From the human T2T-CHM13v2.0 reference genome, Homo sapiens, in assembly GCF_009914755.1 (NCBI RefSeq), contig NC_060937.1: DNA of 64,000 nucleotides; one strand, given 5' to 3'. Each line of letters opens with the position of its first letter. Position 1 is the first letter of the stretch. Position numbers and translations under genes: made by a program. Shown one piece after another: positions 62,435 through 64,000 of the stretch. The notes under the pieces were generated by a model. The model was not told the origin of the DNA. It saw only the letters and a list, made by a program, of their open reading frames with translations, and searched no databases.

Positions 62435-64000
62435 ATCCATCCCATCCCCTAACTCTTACACTCTTTCCACCAATTTTGCATTATAGTCCTTGAGTAGGGT
62501 ACCAGGGAAATAACTATACAAGCCTATAATGTTTAGCCATGGCTTATGAATACAGTCCTCATCTACAGTATACATAACAGCATACAAAGCAGAAGCTAAC
62601 TACAATTATGATGCCTATTAGCAAAACATAACTCCATTCAGTGGGTAAGATATGTAACCATTTCAGAATGGGGCAAAGAAACTTAATTGAACTGCATCAT
62701 GGATCTGAGTTTACAATAATTTGAAGCATCTCTGACGTTATTCTCTTTAAAGGCTCAACAGGTAGCGCCCAGAAAGTCACATGTTTTTGGTCTCAATTGA
62801 GTTGGCGATTGGGTGGATGCAATCCCCTGTGAGCCCAGATTGCACTATTGATGCTGTTGAACCAGTCACTCCAGTTCTGTTGGGAGAAATGCAGAATATT
62901 CCAAGGCATACCATTGTTGTTTTATAGGGGGAGGCTTATATCCAACAACCAGACTTGTTGCTGACTGCTAGTATAATTGCAGATCAGTCTAGAAAGACAT
63001 TACCAGCTGCCATGGGTACCAGGAAGAGCAGCTGTGTGCATAAACACAGGTGTTTAGTAAGGACCATCATGGGTATATCTATTCCTTGTAACATTATTTC
63101 CATTGTATTTTCCCTCATTGGCCCTATTAGGGAAGCTGTCATGGGCTTTAGGCCTGGCTTATAGTACCATGCATGGATTCCTTTTCTAGGAGTGGGCATG
63201 ATAGCCAAATTGGTAAGTTTTTGGCTTTGCCCATGGTATCCATATTATGATCACTCCAGCAGATATTGGTGCCCCTACATGTTGATTTTGTAAAGCTCTC
63301 AGACCTCCAGCAAGCAGCACAGCTGAAACCACCACCCCTCTGGCAGTCTTCATGGTGCCCTCTAGCGCCATAAAACTGATCTAGTCTGGGGACATTTTCC
63401 AGCTCAACTTCAGGTCCACATTACCATCATCACTTGGCAGATCCACTTTAGTTCTCAGGAGCAGAGTCCGGCCATCTGGTTCAAGAGCACAGTTTGGTGT
63501 CTTAGACGTAACCCTGCAAATTTGCAGAGCCTGCTTTACAGGTCTTGCCAACCATTCATAGGGAATAATGCCATGTGTTGTAGTGGGCAACTCATTTAAA
63601 ATGTGTATGGTTTCTGGGAGATTCTTAGTCCAAGACTTTAAAGAGCTGTCCTGGAACAGTGCACATAATTGGGTTTTTAACAGGCCATTGTTTTTTTCTG
63701 TGAAGTCTGCCCCTGTCGGTCATATGGTAAGTGGAATCTCCAGTGTATGTTTTGTTCTAATGTCCAGTATTAGATACCTCTGCTAGACCCGTCAGTGTAC
63801 CAGACCCTATAGGTATTGATGGGGTCCTCTCATATATGGTAGTTGGCCTCATTTGTGGTTCCATTGCCATGTCAACCCCTTCACTTATTCTAAGTGGATG
63901 GGTTTGAGCACCTCGTGCAGTACCTGACTTGTAGGACTAGTAGACACCCCTTTGTTGTAGATAGATGTGTCATTTCTGCTGGGTGTGTGAATGTGCCACC
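62435..64000 (-). mobile_element. ERVL internal region (HERVL32-like) with RNase H and integrase remnants; continues beyond the window
   Basis: The minus strand encodes WYTDGSS (63781-63803) and HWRFHLPY..NGLLKTQL (~63665-63750). Confidence 0.8.

Overview
This is AT-rich, apparently gene-free primate (human-like) genomic DNA dominated by transposable-element fossils. It opens with about 2 kb of a ~76-bp SATR1/SATR2-type satellite. It then contains a near full-length L1PA6-like element with a 14-bp TSD (37.15-43.08 kb), two older L1s that keep both ends but have large internal deletions, and five Alus. LTR elements include MaLR LTRs (THE1C, MSTD, MLT1, THE1D/MSTA), an ERVL provirus remnant with an MLT2-type LTR, a nested LTR8/MST mosaic, MER50, MER34 and MER74-like LTRs, and an LTR32/HERVL32-like provirus running off the right edge. 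hAT DNA transposons (Charlie1a, MER53, MER30/MER107-like) and L2/MIR fragments are also present. No intact host gene or RNA gene can be supported; the listed ORFs are TE remnants or chance ORFs. I found no evidence of a new biological system. The most unusual signals are three locally templated copy events: a 139-bp-arm palindrome at 27 kb, a 44-bp inverted copy at 30.8 kb and a 243-bp dispersed direct copy at 55-56 kb. Also notable is a 5'UTR deletion in the L1PA6 that spans the region reported to carry the ZNF93 site. All repeat subfamily names are from memory of consensus sequences and need RepeatMasker/Dfam confirmation.
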